From a virus (taxonomy: Duplodnaviria; Caudoviricetes): a stretch of DNA of 64,000 nt. Position numbers and translations under genes: made by a program. The notes beneath the pieces are model-generated. The model saw nothing but the letters and a program-made list of their open reading frames with translations. It had not been told where the DNA came from and searched no databases. Below, in pieces: positions 29,036-40,402 of this stretch. Location of the stretch: positions 1 to 64,000 of IMG/VR virus record IMGVR_UViG_3300028591_000183; one strand, written 5' to 3'. The stretch's first letter is position 1. Each line of letters starts with the position of its first letter.

Positions 29036-29288
29036 ATCATTCATTTTTGATTCAGATAATGTAAGCCCTGTCTATAAAGTAATAGGGATTGTATATACAG
29101 AAAATGGGTGTTGTAAAGATAAGCCTGTTTTGATAACGAAGAATAATTATCATGGGGGAGTTAATTATTCATGCCAATGTATTTGTGGAACGTGGTGTAC
29201 GACAGGACACCCGACACCAACAGGGGCGTTGAAAGACTACCAAACAATGTCGAATGGGGGAATACCATTAAATGACAACTATGATTAA
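29016..29288 (+). CDS. hypothetical Cys-containing protein
   Basis: ORF within the operon. Confidence 0.6.
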   Translation: MGEKMVKSFIFDSDNVSPVYKVIGIVYTENGCCKDKPVLITKNNYHGGVNYSCQCICGTWCTTGHPTPTGALKDYQTMSNGGIPLNDNYD

Positions 29289-29306
29289 GCAGAGGGGGAA
29301 ACGCTG

Positions 29307-30155
29307 ATGGGGCAACAAAAACAGGTCAAGAGGTACTATTGGTTGAAACTTAAGGAAGAATTTTTTCAAGATAAAGAAGTTAAGAAATTAAGGAAGATAG
29401 CAGGTGGAGATACCTATACTGTTATCTATTTGAAGCTCATGTTATTGAGTCTTAAAAGTGATGGAAGGTTGTATTTTGATGGTGTTGAAGAAACTTTCCA
29501 TGAGGAACTTGCCCTTGAAATAGACGAAGATGCAGAGAACGTAAGGATTACCCTTATGTATCTTGAAAAGATGGGCTTAGTTCAGATGAAAGATGATGAC
29601 GAGATGTATCTCACACAGATGGACTCATTGATTCTATCTGAAAGTGAATCTGCACAGAGGGTTCGTAAACATAGAGCCAAGATGAAACAGATAGAACTTG
29701 GTAACGGACAACAGTTAGCTGAAATCGGGATGAATGATGAACCCGAAAGCCCCATCGAAGCACCGCAACCTGTACTTGAAGAACCAAGTAACGATGATGT
29801 AACAAACAGTAACACATATACAGAGATAGATACAGAAGCAGAGAAAAAAGCAGAAGAAGAAAAGAAAAAGAAGAAGGAAACAAAACATATCTTTGGTGAG
29901 TATTCTCATGTACGTTTGACGGATACAGAGTATGAACGTCTTTGTAGTGACTATGGAGAGGATGCTGTAAAAGACGGAATAGACAACGTAGACAAGTATT
30001 GTCAAATGTCGGGCAGGACGTATAAGGATTACAACCTTGTACTTCGCAGTTGGGGTATTAAATCACCCAAATTAAAGAAACCCATGAATGCATTACCGCC
30101 GAAGGAAGATGATGATACGCCAAGTGATGAATGGACTAGACATTTTGAGGATTAA
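29307..30155 (+). CDS. phage replisome organizer / replication initiator
   Basis: YYWLKLKEEFF....KKLRKIAGGDTYTVIYLKLML. Confidence 0.9.
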   Translation: MGQQKQVKRYYWLKLKEEFFQDKEVKKLRKIAGGDTYTVIYLKLMLLSLKSDGRLYFDGVEETFHEELALEIDEDAENVRITLMYLEKMGLVQMKDDDEMYLTQMDSLILSESESAQRVRKHRAKMKQIELGNGQQLAEIGMNDEPESPIEAPQPVLEEPSNDDVTNSNTYTEIDTEAEKKAEEEKKKKKETKHIFGEYSHVRLTDTEYERLCSDYGEDAVKDGIDNVDKYCQMSGRTYKDYNLVLRSWGIKSPKLKKPMNALPPKEDDDTPSDEWTRHFED

Positions 30156-30157
30156 GG

Positions 30158-32011
30158 ATGGGAATGTATGAATTTAAACCCGAAGATGCATACGATTTTG
30201 CCCGTCACATGGGAATAAAGACGTATGAGAGGAACGGGAAATTACACTTTCAGAAATGCCCTATGTGTAACAGGGCTACCAATGATAAAAAGACATTCGC
30301 TATAAGCCTTAAGACGGGACAATTTAAGTGTCTTAGGGAAACATGCGGATACCAAGGAAACATGCTTACATTGGCGAAAGATTTTGATTTTTCGCTTGGA
30401 AATATAACTGATGAATACTATAGACCAAAGAGAAAGTTTAGAACTTTTAAGACACCCGAAAAAGCGATAGAGCCTAAAGAACCTGCGATTGCTTACTTAG
30501 AATCGAGGGGAATTAGTGCGGAGATTGCAAGGAAGTATGAGATAACCACACAGACAGGAAAAGATAATATCTTGGTTTTTCCGTTTTTTAACGGGAATGA
30601 AAAGCTAGAGTTTATCAAGTATCGTAAGACGGATTTTGATAAGTCTAAAGATGCTAATAAAGAGTGGTGCGAAGCAGATAGTAAGCCCATCTTATTCGGG
30701 ATGAAACAATGCAACCTTGAAAATAAAACACTCATAATATGCGAAGGGCAAATTGATTCACTTTCTGTAGCACAGGCAGGAATTGAAAACGCCGTATCCG
30801 TTCCGAATGGTGCGAAGGGCTTTACTTGGATTTCCTACTGTTGGGATTGGGTTAATCAGTTTGATACGCTTATTGTTTTTGGTGATTACGAAAAGGGTCG
30901 CATAACTCTCTTAGATGAACTGAAACAACGTTTTTCAAGACTAAGGATTAAGCATGTAAGAGAAGAAGATTATAAAGATTGCAAGGACGCTAATGCGATA
31001 CTTCAAAAGTATGGCGAAGCTCATGTAAGAACTTGTGTGGAGAACGCTGTAGACGTTCCTGTAGAGCAGGTCATAGAACTAGCAGATGTGCAGGACGTAA
31101 ATATCTACGATATCGAAAAGATGAAATCGGGTATCAATGATTTGGACGCTATGTTATATGGCGGTCTGTTTTTCGGTGGAGTAACGATAATTAGTGGACG
31201 TAGCGGAAAAGGTAAGAGTAGCCTTGCAAGTCAAATTCTTGCGAATGCTTTGGAGCAGAAATATAAGTGCTTTGCCTATTCGGGAGAGCTTGCGAACCAT
31301 CTTTTCAAGGCATGGCTTGATTATCAGCTTGCAGGAAAGAACCATATTCAGACATACACAACAAGGTACGGCTCAGAAGGATACAAGATATCCGATGCTA
31401 ATAAGAGCTTAATTAAGGAGTGGTACAGGGATTACATCTACATCTATGATTCATCTGCTGTAGAAGATGAAACCAAAGGACTTGTAGAACTTGTCGAAGA
31501 AGTAATATCCCGATACGGAGTAAGAGTTATCTTGATTGATAATCTTATGACCGCACTTGATTTGGATATCAGCAAGGAGAACGACAAATACGAGCGACAG
31601 AGTAAGTTTGTAAAAGCTCTTGTAAGAATAGCCATGAAATACAACGTGCTTATCCTGTTGGTGGCTCATAAGCGTAAGAATATGGCTTATGGAATTGAGG
31701 AAAGTGACGAGGTAAGTGGTTCTTCCGATATCACTAATTTAGCTTCAATAACACTTAGCTACGATATGGGTAGCAAGAAGGAGATTGAGCAGGGAGAGAT
31801 TCTTCCCGAGCAGAGGAAACTTAAACTTCTGAAAAACAGGGTATTTGGTGTTACTAATCCCGAAGGATGGGTACTTGATTTTGAACCTAAATCCAAAAGG
31901 ATATACGGAGAGCATGATGACCCTAACAGAGAGTACGGATGGACAAAAGAACTTGATGATGGATTCGATACAGCCGAAGGAATGGATATTCCGTGGGAGA
32001 TGAATGAATGA
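30158..32011 (+). CDS. primase-helicase (Zn finger, TOPRIM, DnaB-like helicase)
   Basis: CPMC/C..C Zn finger, ICEGQID, Walker A GRSGKGKS, ILIDNL. Confidence 0.9.
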   Translation: MGMYEFKPEDAYDFARHMGIKTYERNGKLHFQKCPMCNRATNDKKTFAISLKTGQFKCLRETCGYQGNMLTLAKDFDFSLGNITDEYYRPKRKFRTFKTPEKAIEPKEPAIAYLESRGISAEIARKYEITTQTGKDNILVFPFFNGNEKLEFIKYRKTDFDKSKDANKEWCEADSKPILFGMKQCNLENKTLIICEGQIDSLSVAQAGIENAVSVPNGAKGFTWISYCWDWVNQFDTLIVFGDYEKGRITLLDELKQRFSRLRIKHVREEDYKDCKDANAILQKYGEAHVRTCVENAVDVPVEQVIELADVQDVNIYDIEKMKSGINDLDAMLYGGLFFGGVTIISGRSGKGKSSLASQILANALEQKYKCFAYSGELANHLFKAWLDYQLAGKNHIQTYTTRYGSEGYKISDANKSLIKEWYRDYIYIYDSSAVEDETKGLVELVEEVISRYGVRVILIDNLMTALDLDISKENDKYERQSKFVKALVRIAMKYNVLILLVAHKRKNMAYGIEESDEVSGSSDITNLASITLSYDMGSKKEIEQGEILPEQRKLKLLKNRVFGVTNPEGWVLDFEPKSKRIYGEHDDPNREYGWTKELDDGFDTAEGMDIPWEMNE

Positions 32012-34694
32012 ATAAAGAACAGCTAGGTAAATTCAAAGAAAAACTATATGAACCTTACTTAGAAGCGTGGGGTATTGTGGCTACATTAAGAGAAGCAGAT
32101 TTGTCGCAGGATGATGTTTGGAATAAGTATTTTGAATCCTGTAATGCTTTCTACGACAAGTATAAAAATTCTTTCCATCCCGCTATGCGAGAGTTTTGTT
32201 CATCTCTTTACAGAGTGATGTTAGATGCAGGAGATTGTGCAAAGAAGGTGTGGGATGGCGAAATGTAGCAAGGATTGTTTAAATTGTCCGCTTAAACGCT
32301 GTAAGTACGACTTAAAAGATGAAAAGGAGCTTTTCAGAGATACTTCACCTAATCCTGTAAAGGAAAAGAAGGGAAAAAGCCGTGAGATAGTCGTAAATCA
32401 TAAGCGTGGCAGACCTAAAAAAGAGCGTGAGATATCTTATTGGGATGAATGGTACGCAAAGAATAAAGAAAGATGCAAGGCAAGAAGTAAAGCCCGATAT
32501 CAGCTTAAAAAAGATGAAATAAAAGAAAAGAGTCGGGAATGGCGCAGAAACCATAAGGATTATTACAAAAATTGGTACAGGAAAAGAAAGGAGAAGGAAC
32601 ATGACAACAACAGAGAGAGTGAGAGCCTTATTGGGTAATCTTAAGAATTGGTCTTGGGACATAGAACCTCAATTTAGGATAGAAAAAGAAGATGCAGACG
32701 CATTAAGGGAGTATTTGGCAGATGATAAAGAAGTTACTTCAAACGCTACGTGCAGAGCTGACAACTAAGAAAATCAATAGGTGCAGGAAGAACTGCTGTG
32801 ATTGCAAACACTTAGAGATGATACCCTTTGATGACTTTCGTTGCATGAATCCTAAGAGTGAACTGTTTCATTGTAACGTAGACCCATTAGAGGATATTTG
32901 TAAAGATTTTGTAGAAAAGGAGTAAGGGGAGATTATGAAAGCATTTATCAAAGACAGAACAGTAAAAACAAAGACAACAAAATCAAGTGAGGTGCTTAAG
33001 CACTTAAAGGTGAAGGGACATATCACTTCACTTGAAGCCTTTCAGCTTTATGGAGCGACTAGATTATCCGCTATCATATTTGAGCTTAGAAAAAAGGGCT
33101 ACAACATCAAGACTACTGATGGTACTTGTATTGACAGGTACGGGCATAAGTGCAATTTTGCAAAGTATGTGCTAATTGAGGATTAAGTATGGAATTTTGC
33201 GCATGGTGCGGACGAGAGCTAAATGGATGGTATTTAAAATATCATGAAAAGAAATTCTGTAGGTATGGCAATGATATTTGTCTTAAGAATTATCTGTTTG
33301 ACGAAGCAGATGATGAAATCGAAATGGATAAGTATACGGACGATGACTACAGGATGGACTATGTAACATGGATGGAAGATAGGGGTCTTGATTGACCCTT
33401 ATCTGAAACAGGAGATTGGAATGGATACGCAGAATTGGATTTTCACCTTTGGATACGGTCAAAAACATGCAGGATATTATGTCAAAATTCACGGAACATA
33501 TAGTGAAGCTAGGCAGGAAATGATAAGCAGATACGGCACACAATTTGCATTTCAGTATTCAGAAGAAGAATGGGACAAATGGGTGAAACAGGCAGAGGAA
33601 CAGGCTATTGCAATATATGGAGATAAGAGATTTGCCATGATTGAGAAGGAGCTTAAATGACAGGTAAAGAAGCGTGGAATCTTATTCAAGATAAAATAGA
33701 CCCTATGGAACACCCCGAATTTAATAATGCTGAAATGGCAGAAGCCTTTTGTCTTTGCTACATAGCATTTAAGGAATACGACAAAAATCACGAGCCTAAG
33801 AAAAAGTGTAGGGATTGTAAGTGGTTGACGGGACGATATTCAATCGTTGGTATTGAATGTTTGAATCCTCAAAAACATTTCAGAAATAAGTCTACTGCTT
33901 GTTTTAAGTATCCTCATACACCTGCTTGTAAATTATATGAAGAAAGAGGGAATTGATATGGATGCTTATTTCAAACTGAAATTTTTCGAGGAAATCATTG
34001 GATTTGTTTTTGTTTTTGCTGTAATCATATTTATGATTTGGCAATGGCGCAGATAGGAGTTGAGAATGGAAAAAGTTATCATACAAGTATTTGCTGTAAT
34101 TGCGATTTTTTTAATTGGTTATCGAATGGGCTTTATCGCCTGTTTTAAATACCTTGAAAAAGAATTAAAGGAGCATAAAAATGAGCAGAGTCACGGCAAC
34201 AGCATGGGGACTAATCAAAAAGTGGGATAAACAACAGACAGGAAGGAAGATAAAGAATGGGGAATTACCAAAGCCTAAACGTATTAAATCAAAGGTCATT
34301 TTTAGATGATTTAAGAGATATAGATGCGGTGAGTGAAGTAACTGCCATGATAAGTGCATCGGGCAACAGAAGCACCCGTAGAAGGGTTGAAAAAGCCCTA
34401 AATAAGACACAGAATATCACCCGTCATGCTGATAAAAAGGCAACAGAGAGAGCCAATAAAAAACTTGCTGATAAGGCAGAAGAAGATATGGTTTGGCTAT
34501 ATTCTATGGCAGGGCTAACACTTTTTAAAAAATATCATTGGAGCAATGATGGTGAACACGGACAGATAGAAGCGTTTTTTGACAAGATGACTTCGTTAAT
34601 GAATCAGTACAATGATATGGGTTATACAGTTAATGATTGTGCTAAAGAACTTGAAGAACTTACGGGAATACAACTTGTAACGGAGAAACACTAA
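32008..34694 (+). other. small ORFs downstream of the replication genes (32008-32268, 32255-32638, 32722-32925, 33189-33395, 33388-33660, 33657-33956, 34257-34694)
   Basis: Overlapping ORFs with RBS. Confidence 0.65.
32935..33186 (+). CDS. winged-HTH protein
   Basis: VLKHL...GHITSLEAFQLYGATRLSAIIFELRKKGY. Confidence 0.8.
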   Translation: MKAFIKDRTVKTKTTKSSEVLKHLKVKGHITSLEAFQLYGATRLSAIIFELRKKGYNIKTTDGTCIDRYGHKCNFAKYVLIED

Positions 34695-34856
34695 CATGGA
34701 AATAAAACTAGGGATGAAATTTTCTTGTTTCGCCTGTAATAGAACAATAGAAGTTACAGAGAAGAGTCTTTTAAGATGTTGGGACGGGATGTATCTCACC
34801 TGTCCTTATTGTAGAAGAAGCATTAGTATAGAAAGCTATAAAAGTAGGGGAAAGAT

Positions 34857-35651
34857 ATGCGAATAAAACTTCATAGTCCTTATCATCATTTTCCACATCA
34901 TGAACCTGTTGAGGGAAAAGATTATATTGATTGCTATAACGACAGCTTTGTAATGAGTGAGAAACCCGAAAATTGGGAGAAAAGCATAGCACTTCTCATA
35001 GAACCTAGACCACTTCAACCTAAAGTCTATGAGTTTGTTGAGCATAATTACGGCAGGTTTAAATATGTTTTTACCCATGACTCTATTCTTCTGAATAAAC
35101 TGCCTAATGCAAAGATGATTATTTGGGGTGGTGTATATGATTGGAGTGACGAGCCAAAGGATTTCACACGCCCGATTTCTATGGTGGCTAGTTGGAAGGA
35201 ACAAGCCCCTGTAAGGATTCAGAGAAAACAACTTGCATTTGAGCTTAAAGGGAAGATAGATACTTACGGAACATTTGATGGTGGCGAAATGGCTACTACT
35301 AAACAGATATATGGGAAGTATCCTTTTTCTGTTGTTATAGAAAATCACATTGATGATTGGTGGGTAACAGAAAAGATATGTAACTGTTTTGCCTGTAGGA
35401 CAGTACCGATTTATTATGGTGCTAGAAAAATCGGAAAACTCTTTAATTCAGATGGAATAATAATCTGTAATAGTATTGATGAAGTAAGAAATGCTGTAGA
35501 TTATGTTTTACTTCATGCAAGGCAGGAATACTACTTAAGAAAAAAGGCAATAGAATGTAACTTTATTGCTGTTGAAGATTATTCTTCATTTGAGAATTGG
35601 TTTTATGTACATTATGGGGAATTACTTGACAAAATGGGGGAGAGTAAATGA
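34857..35651 (+). CDS. GT10-like (fucosyltransferase-like) glycosyltransferase
   Basis: YPFSVVIEN....WVTEKI.......VPIYYGA. Confidence 0.8.
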   Translation: MRIKLHSPYHHFPHHEPVEGKDYIDCYNDSFVMSEKPENWEKSIALLIEPRPLQPKVYEFVEHNYGRFKYVFTHDSILLNKLPNAKMIIWGGVYDWSDEPKDFTRPISMVASWKEQAPVRIQRKQLAFELKGKIDTYGTFDGGEMATTKQIYGKYPFSVVIENHIDDWWVTEKICNCFACRTVPIYYGARKIGKLFNSDGIIICNSIDEVRNAVDYVLLHARQEYYLRKKAIECNFIAVEDYSSFENWFYVHYGELLDKMGESK

Positions 35652-37567
35652 AGCTGAGTATTATTATTCCGTATTACAATTTAAAGCCATATACAGATGA
35701 ATTATTGGATTGTCTTGAACCTCAAATCACGGATGATGTTGAGGTTCTTGTCGTAGATGATGGGTCAAAGATTCCTTATAAGACAAAGTATAAATGGGTT
35801 GAAATAATCCGCAAAGAGAATGGCGGTGTATCTTCCGCTAGAAACTTGGGAATTGAGAAAGCCCGTGGAGAATATATTTCTTTTATTGATGCCGATGATT
35901 TGGTGGCGGTTGATTATGTGAAACAGATACTTGACAAGATAGACACCGAACATTTTGATTATCTTGAAATGTCATGGAAGTCACTTGCAGGTGGCGCACA
36001 ATGGAGTCAAAAACTGAACAGTATCAAGGATAGTCTACCCAATCCTAGTGTTTGTACAAGAGTATTCAAGAAATCTTTTATAGGTGATGTTAGATTTAAT
36101 GAAAAAAAGTTTTCCACGGAAGATGATGAATTTAAGAGGAAACTTTATTACTACATTGGTGAGAATACTAAAAAGGCTGTAATAACAGACTATCTATATT
36201 TCTACAGGACAGCCGTTGAAGATTCAAAATCGAAAAGATTCTTAAAGGGAGAACTCCCAACTAAGAGGATTATTTATTACTTCAATCATATTACGGCTGA
36301 TATGAAGTACCTTATTGACGAGGTTGCTAAAGAAGATGAATTAAATGAGGTATGGGTATTAACCAATCAGAATGATATCCCCGAACTTGAATACTATGCT
36401 CATGTAAAGAAGCCTTTTAGGGTTGCAGGAATGGAACTGCGTGGAGAGCCTTATAATAACTTTACTCTTATACCGCAAGCCCTGTTTACGCAGGTAGCCA
36501 TTTGGACGAACAAGACTCTTGAAATTGGCGGTATAGAGTCATTCATTTATAATTTTTGTGTGAGCCTAAAGAACGACTACGATATTACTGTTCTATACGG
36601 CGATATGTCTGATAAGCAGAGGTACAGGCTTGAAGAACATGTTGAGGTTGTTAAGAATAACCCGAAACGTACTGTAATCTGTGACACTCTTATAGTTAAT
36701 AGGCTAAAAGATACTATTCCGAGTAATATAAAGGCAAAAAGAGTAATTCAGATGTGCCATACTTGTGTTAGAGATGATATGCATATCCCGCAGGACAGAG
36801 ATGAAATTGTATGCGTATCGGATGCGTCTAAGGAGAGTTTTGCGGAAGAAGCAAAGGATAGCATTGTACTTCATAATCTTTTTGTTAAACCCAAAATAAC
36901 AAAGCCACTTCTTTTAGTATCTGCCACAAGACTTGATACAAAAGACAAAGGGCAAAAGAGGATGCTTAAACTTGCAAGGGAAATGAACAACAGGGGGATA
37001 CCCTTTGTATGGCTTTACTTCTCCAATGTGAAACTTGATAATACACCGCCCAATATGGTATGTATGCCACCTACCCTTGACGTAGTTAATTACATTTCTA
37101 TGGCTGATTATTTAGTACAATTATCTTCAAGTGAATCCTTCTGTTATTCAATAATAGAGAGTCTTACCTGTGGCGTTCCTGTACTGTGTACAGACCTTCC
37201 TGTTTTATCTGAATTAAACATCAAGGATGGAGAAAATGCTTATGTCTTCCCGTTGGAAATGGATGAACCTTATGACATTGACAGGATATTCAAAAATCAA
37301 TTAAAAGGCACTTTTAAGTACGATTATGATAACAAGAAGATAATAAAGCAATGGAAGAAAATACTTGGAAATACGAAGCCTACAGGACGATATAACCCAT
37401 CTGCAACTCCGAGGGTTATGGTTAAGGTTAATGTGAAATATAATGACCTTGTTTTGAACAGGATTCTATATCCGAATGATATTCTAATGATGAAAACAGA
37501 AAGGGCATATTATCTTCAAAACACTAAGAAGTTTGTTACTGTTGTCGATGATGGTAAACTAATGTAA
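35648..37567 (+). CDS. GT2 + GT4 fusion glycosyltransferase
   Basis: LSIIIPYYN, VVDDGS, FIDADD (GT2); IGGIESF and SESFCYSIIESL.CGVPVLCT (GT4). Confidence 0.85.
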   Translation: MKLSIIIPYYNLKPYTDELLDCLEPQITDDVEVLVVDDGSKIPYKTKYKWVEIIRKENGGVSSARNLGIEKARGEYISFIDADDLVAVDYVKQILDKIDTEHFDYLEMSWKSLAGGAQWSQKLNSIKDSLPNPSVCTRVFKKSFIGDVRFNEKKFSTEDDEFKRKLYYYIGENTKKAVITDYLYFYRTAVEDSKSKRFLKGELPTKRIIYYFNHITADMKYLIDEVAKEDELNEVWVLTNQNDIPELEYYAHVKKPFRVAGMELRGEPYNNFTLIPQALFTQVAIWTNKTLEIGGIESFIYNFCVSLKNDYDITVLYGDMSDKQRYRLEEHVEVVKNNPKRTVICDTLIVNRLKDTIPSNIKAKRVIQMCHTCVRDDMHIPQDRDEIVCVSDASKESFAEEAKDSIVLHNLFVKPKITKPLLLVSATRLDTKDKGQKRMLKLAREMNNRGIPFVWLYFSNVKLDNTPPNMVCMPPTLDVVNYISMADYLVQLSSSESFCYSIIESLTCGVPVLCTDLPVLSELNIKDGENAYVFPLEMDEPYDIDRIFKNQLKGTFKYDYDNKKIIKQWKKILGNTKPTGRYNPSATPRVMVKVNVKYNDLVLNRILYPNDILMMKTERAYYLQNTKKFVTVVDDGKLM

Positions 37568-37616
37568 AATATCTGTAGAGCCGTTGAGCCGATTACATTT
37601 TGTAGTCGGCTTTTTT
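37554..37616 (+). promoter_or_regulatory. putative late promoter plus GAGCC attenuator before the lysis genes
   Basis: GTAAACT-aatg-TAAAAT-N6-AGAGCC..GAGCCGA..TCGGCTTTTTT. Confidence 0.65.
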
Positions 37617-37639
37617 GTTTATGAAAGAGAGGTAATCTT

Positions 37640-37963
37640 ATGCAATGGATTAGCGATAATTGGAGCTTATTAGTTGTCATAGCTGTTATTTGCGTTTACT
37701 TTATTTTCGCAGGTAAAAAGTCAGTAATGAAATGGCTTCTTTACGCTGTTTCTATGGCAGAATCCGACCTTGGTGGTGGTGTTGGTAAACTGAAATTAGT
37801 GCAGGTTTATAATGACTTCATTGCCCGTTATCCAATTTTATCTAAGATTTTACCGTTTTCCGTATTCAGCCTATGGGTTGATGAAGTTCTCGTTGAAATG
37901 AGGAAACTCATAGAAGAAAATGTGAAATTTAAAGAGATTATTGAAGGTGGTTCAGAGCTATGA
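37640..37963 (+). CDS. holin
   Basis: N-terminal TM, WLLYAVSMAE..LG.G.GKLK motif, directly before the endolysin. Confidence 0.75.
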   Translation: MQWISDNWSLLVVIAVICVYFIFAGKKSVMKWLLYAVSMAESDLGGGVGKLKLVQVYNDFIARYPILSKILPFSVFSLWVDEVLVEMRKLIEENVKFKEIIEGGSEL

Positions 37964-38003
37964 GTTATATTCCCGATTACAAAGATGAAAGGGGGAATAA
38001 CCT

Positions 38004-39269
38004 ATGGCTGTTTTAATCGCACACGCTAGTTCAGATGAAAATAAAAGTGCAAAAGGCGGTCAAGCGGGCGACCAAACAGGGAGAGAGGTCTGCATACGTG
38101 AATGGTACAATAAGCCGTGGAACGTGATGATAAGATTTAAAGACCCTGTAATGGCAAATAAAGTTGCCGATTGCATGGAGATGGCTTGTGACAATAATTT
38201 TCTTGGTTACGACCAAAATCAACGCAATTCCCTGTTGGTTAAAGCAAGAAAGTACAACTACAATGTTTCAAAAGTTACTGAACCATGCGAAACAGATTGT
38301 AGCGCACTTGTTTCCGTAGCCTGTATGTATGCAGGAATCCCCGAGAGTACACTTACACTTCATGGTAATTGCGCCACAACAAGAACCTTAAGACAGATAC
38401 TTAAATCCACGGGCGAAGTGGAGATTTATACTACACCCTCGTATACTTCTAAATCAGATAAATTAAAGAGGGGCGACATTCTTCTAAAAGAGGGCGCACA
38501 CGTTGTCGTGGTTGTTAAAACAGAAGGAAACCCATACAGGTTATCTTCATCACTCCTTAAGGAAGGAAGTATGGGTGAATCTGTAAAGTGGTTACAGTAT
38601 GAGCTTAACGCTAACGGAGCTAAATTAAACGTTGACGGGGCGTTTGGAAAGCAGACAAAACTTGCCGTACTTCTTTATCAAAAAGACCACGGACTTGTAT
38701 GTGATGGGGTTGTTGGTGTTAAGACATTAGAAGCTCTGAAAAACAAGAAACCTGTGAAAAAATCTTCCGACAATGAGAAGGTTATTTGGGATTATTTAAT
38801 CAAGAAAATACCAAACCCTTATGCCGTTGCAGGACTCATGGGTAATTTAAGAGCGGAGAGTGGACTTAATCCTAAGAATCTTCAAAACACTACTGAAAAG
38901 AAATTAGGAATGAATGACGAACAGTACACATCTGCTGTAGACAATCAGACCTATAAACATTTTACTTCCGATAATTGCGGATATGGTATTGCTCAATGGA
39001 CTTCATCGGGAAGAAAAAAAGCCCTGTATGAGTTCCGTGGTAATCGCTCTATAGGAAGTTTGGAAATGCAATTAGACTTCCTGTGGCATGAGCTTAATAC
39101 ATCCTATAAGAAAGTGCTTAACGGAATTTTATCTTCAAATTCCGTAAGAGAAGCATCGGATATTGTTCTAACTAAATTTGAAAGACCAAAAATTCAATCC
39201 GAAGCTGTAAAAATAAAACGTGCCAATTTAAGCATGGAATACTTTAACAAATATGGAGGGAAACTTTAA
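38004..39269 (+). CDS. endolysin: peptidase/amidase-like domain, peptidoglycan-binding domain and phage-tail-lysozyme domain
   Basis: DCSALV...GDILL..G.HV; WLQYELN...DG.FG; GN.RAESG.NP...GIAQWT. Confidence 0.85.
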   Translation: MAVLIAHASSDENKSAKGGQAGDQTGREVCIREWYNKPWNVMIRFKDPVMANKVADCMEMACDNNFLGYDQNQRNSLLVKARKYNYNVSKVTEPCETDCSALVSVACMYAGIPESTLTLHGNCATTRTLRQILKSTGEVEIYTTPSYTSKSDKLKRGDILLKEGAHVVVVVKTEGNPYRLSSSLLKEGSMGESVKWLQYELNANGAKLNVDGAFGKQTKLAVLLYQKDHGLVCDGVVGVKTLEALKNKKPVKKSSDNEKVIWDYLIKKIPNPYAVAGLMGNLRAESGLNPKNLQNTTEKKLGMNDEQYTSAVDNQTYKHFTSDNCGYGIAQWTSSGRKKALYEFRGNRSIGSLEMQLDFLWHELNTSYKKVLNGILSSNSVREASDIVLTKFERPKIQSEAVKIKRANLSMEYFNKYGGKL

Positions 39270-39601
39270 TGGGAAGAAGAAAGAAAACTGAGATTGTTGA
39301 GAATCCAACACCTATGAAAGAGGAAGATATGAATACACCTGTTGTTTCAGATGAAACAGAGGTTGCAGAGCCTATGCAGGTAGATGAACCTATACAGGAA
39401 GAAACTCCTGTGGAAGAAAAACCTGCGCCCGTAGCAAAAAGGCTGAAATCAAATTCCACTCTCATAAATGTTCGTGAGTCACCGAATGGAGAAGTGCTTT
39501 TCCGTCTGAATAGGGGACAGAAAGTTATGGTTGAAGAAGAGAAGGACGGATGGACAAAGATTTGTGCATACGTCATGACCGAACTTGTCGGAGAGCTTTA
39601 A
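39269..39601 (+). CDS. SH3b-domain protein
   Basis: INVRESPNGEVL...V.VEEEKDGWTKI. Confidence 0.7.
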   Translation: MGRRKKTEIVENPTPMKEEDMNTPVVSDETEVAEPMQVDEPIQEETPVEEKPAPVAKRLKSNSTLINVRESPNGEVLFRLNRGQKVMVEEEKDGWTKICAYVMTELVGEL

Positions 39602-39607
39602 TGTGTA

Positions 39608-39634
39608 AGAGCCTAGATTATTCTAGGCTCTTTT
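39608..39634. terminator. terminator between convergent operons
   Basis: AGAGCCTAGA-ttat-TCTAGGCTCTTTT. Confidence 0.8.
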
Positions 39635-40340
39635 AATTTTTATCAGATTTTAAAATATAATCTTTACTCGTTGCTTTAGTTTCGCCTGTCCTGTTAGTTC
39701 CCGTGGAATAAGGTCTGACCCAACCAACCTTACCACTTTTATAATGTCTGAATTTTCCACGAACATCCCAACCACTTTTATGCCTGTTATATTTCCGTTT
39801 TAGAGCGTTTTCTTTCTTCTGATATATTTTTATGGCATCCAAAAGAGAATGCTCTTTTTGACGGGAATTTTTAGATTTCGAGGTACTTTTACCTTGTCTT
39901 GAACTTTCGGATTCTACATATTCGTAGGGGCGATTTTTAGATTCGATTATCATGTACTGAATGAATGACATAGGGGGTACAATGTCTATGAAATCATTAT
40001 TGTCCTTGTATAATTCTTCAAAGGATTTCTCCCTTGCTGTAGTAACAAATTTTGTAAGGGTTTCAAGATAACTCACCACATTGATTTCATGAGTGTATGT
40101 TTTAACGGGAAGTCCGTAATTGTCTAACTGAGCTTTAACAATCTTGATTTTCTGTTCATCACCCCTGCCGATTATCTCAACTTTGTATCGTTGAGTAAGC
40201 TCTGTGACATACAACATGAATGTATCCCATAAGAAGCCGTTAGTAAGTATATGCATCCAAGTGTCAAACAATTCCTGTTTGTCTTTTGGCAAGTGCATCA
40301 TTGATTCAAGTTCCTTCATGGATATTCTGATTCGTTCCAT
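39633..40340 (-). CDS. hypothetical phage protein
   Basis: WDVRGKFRHYKSGKVGWVRPY motif. Confidence 0.7.
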   Translation of the reverse strand: MERIRISMKELESMMHLPKDKQELFDTWMHILTNGFLWDTFMLYVTELTQRYKVEIIGRGDEQKIKIVKAQLDNYGLPVKTYTHEINVVSYLETLTKFVTTAREKSFEELYKDNNDFIDIVPPMSFIQYMIIESKNRPYEYVESESSRQGKSTSKSKNSRQKEHSLLDAIKIYQKKENALKRKYNRHKSGWDVRGKFRHYKSGKVGWVRPYSTGTNRTGETKATSKDYILKSDKN

Positions 40341-40402
40341 AATATTCTCCTAAATGAAAAGCCCCGTTCAAAAGAACGGGACTTAATTCTACCTAAATGT
40401 AT

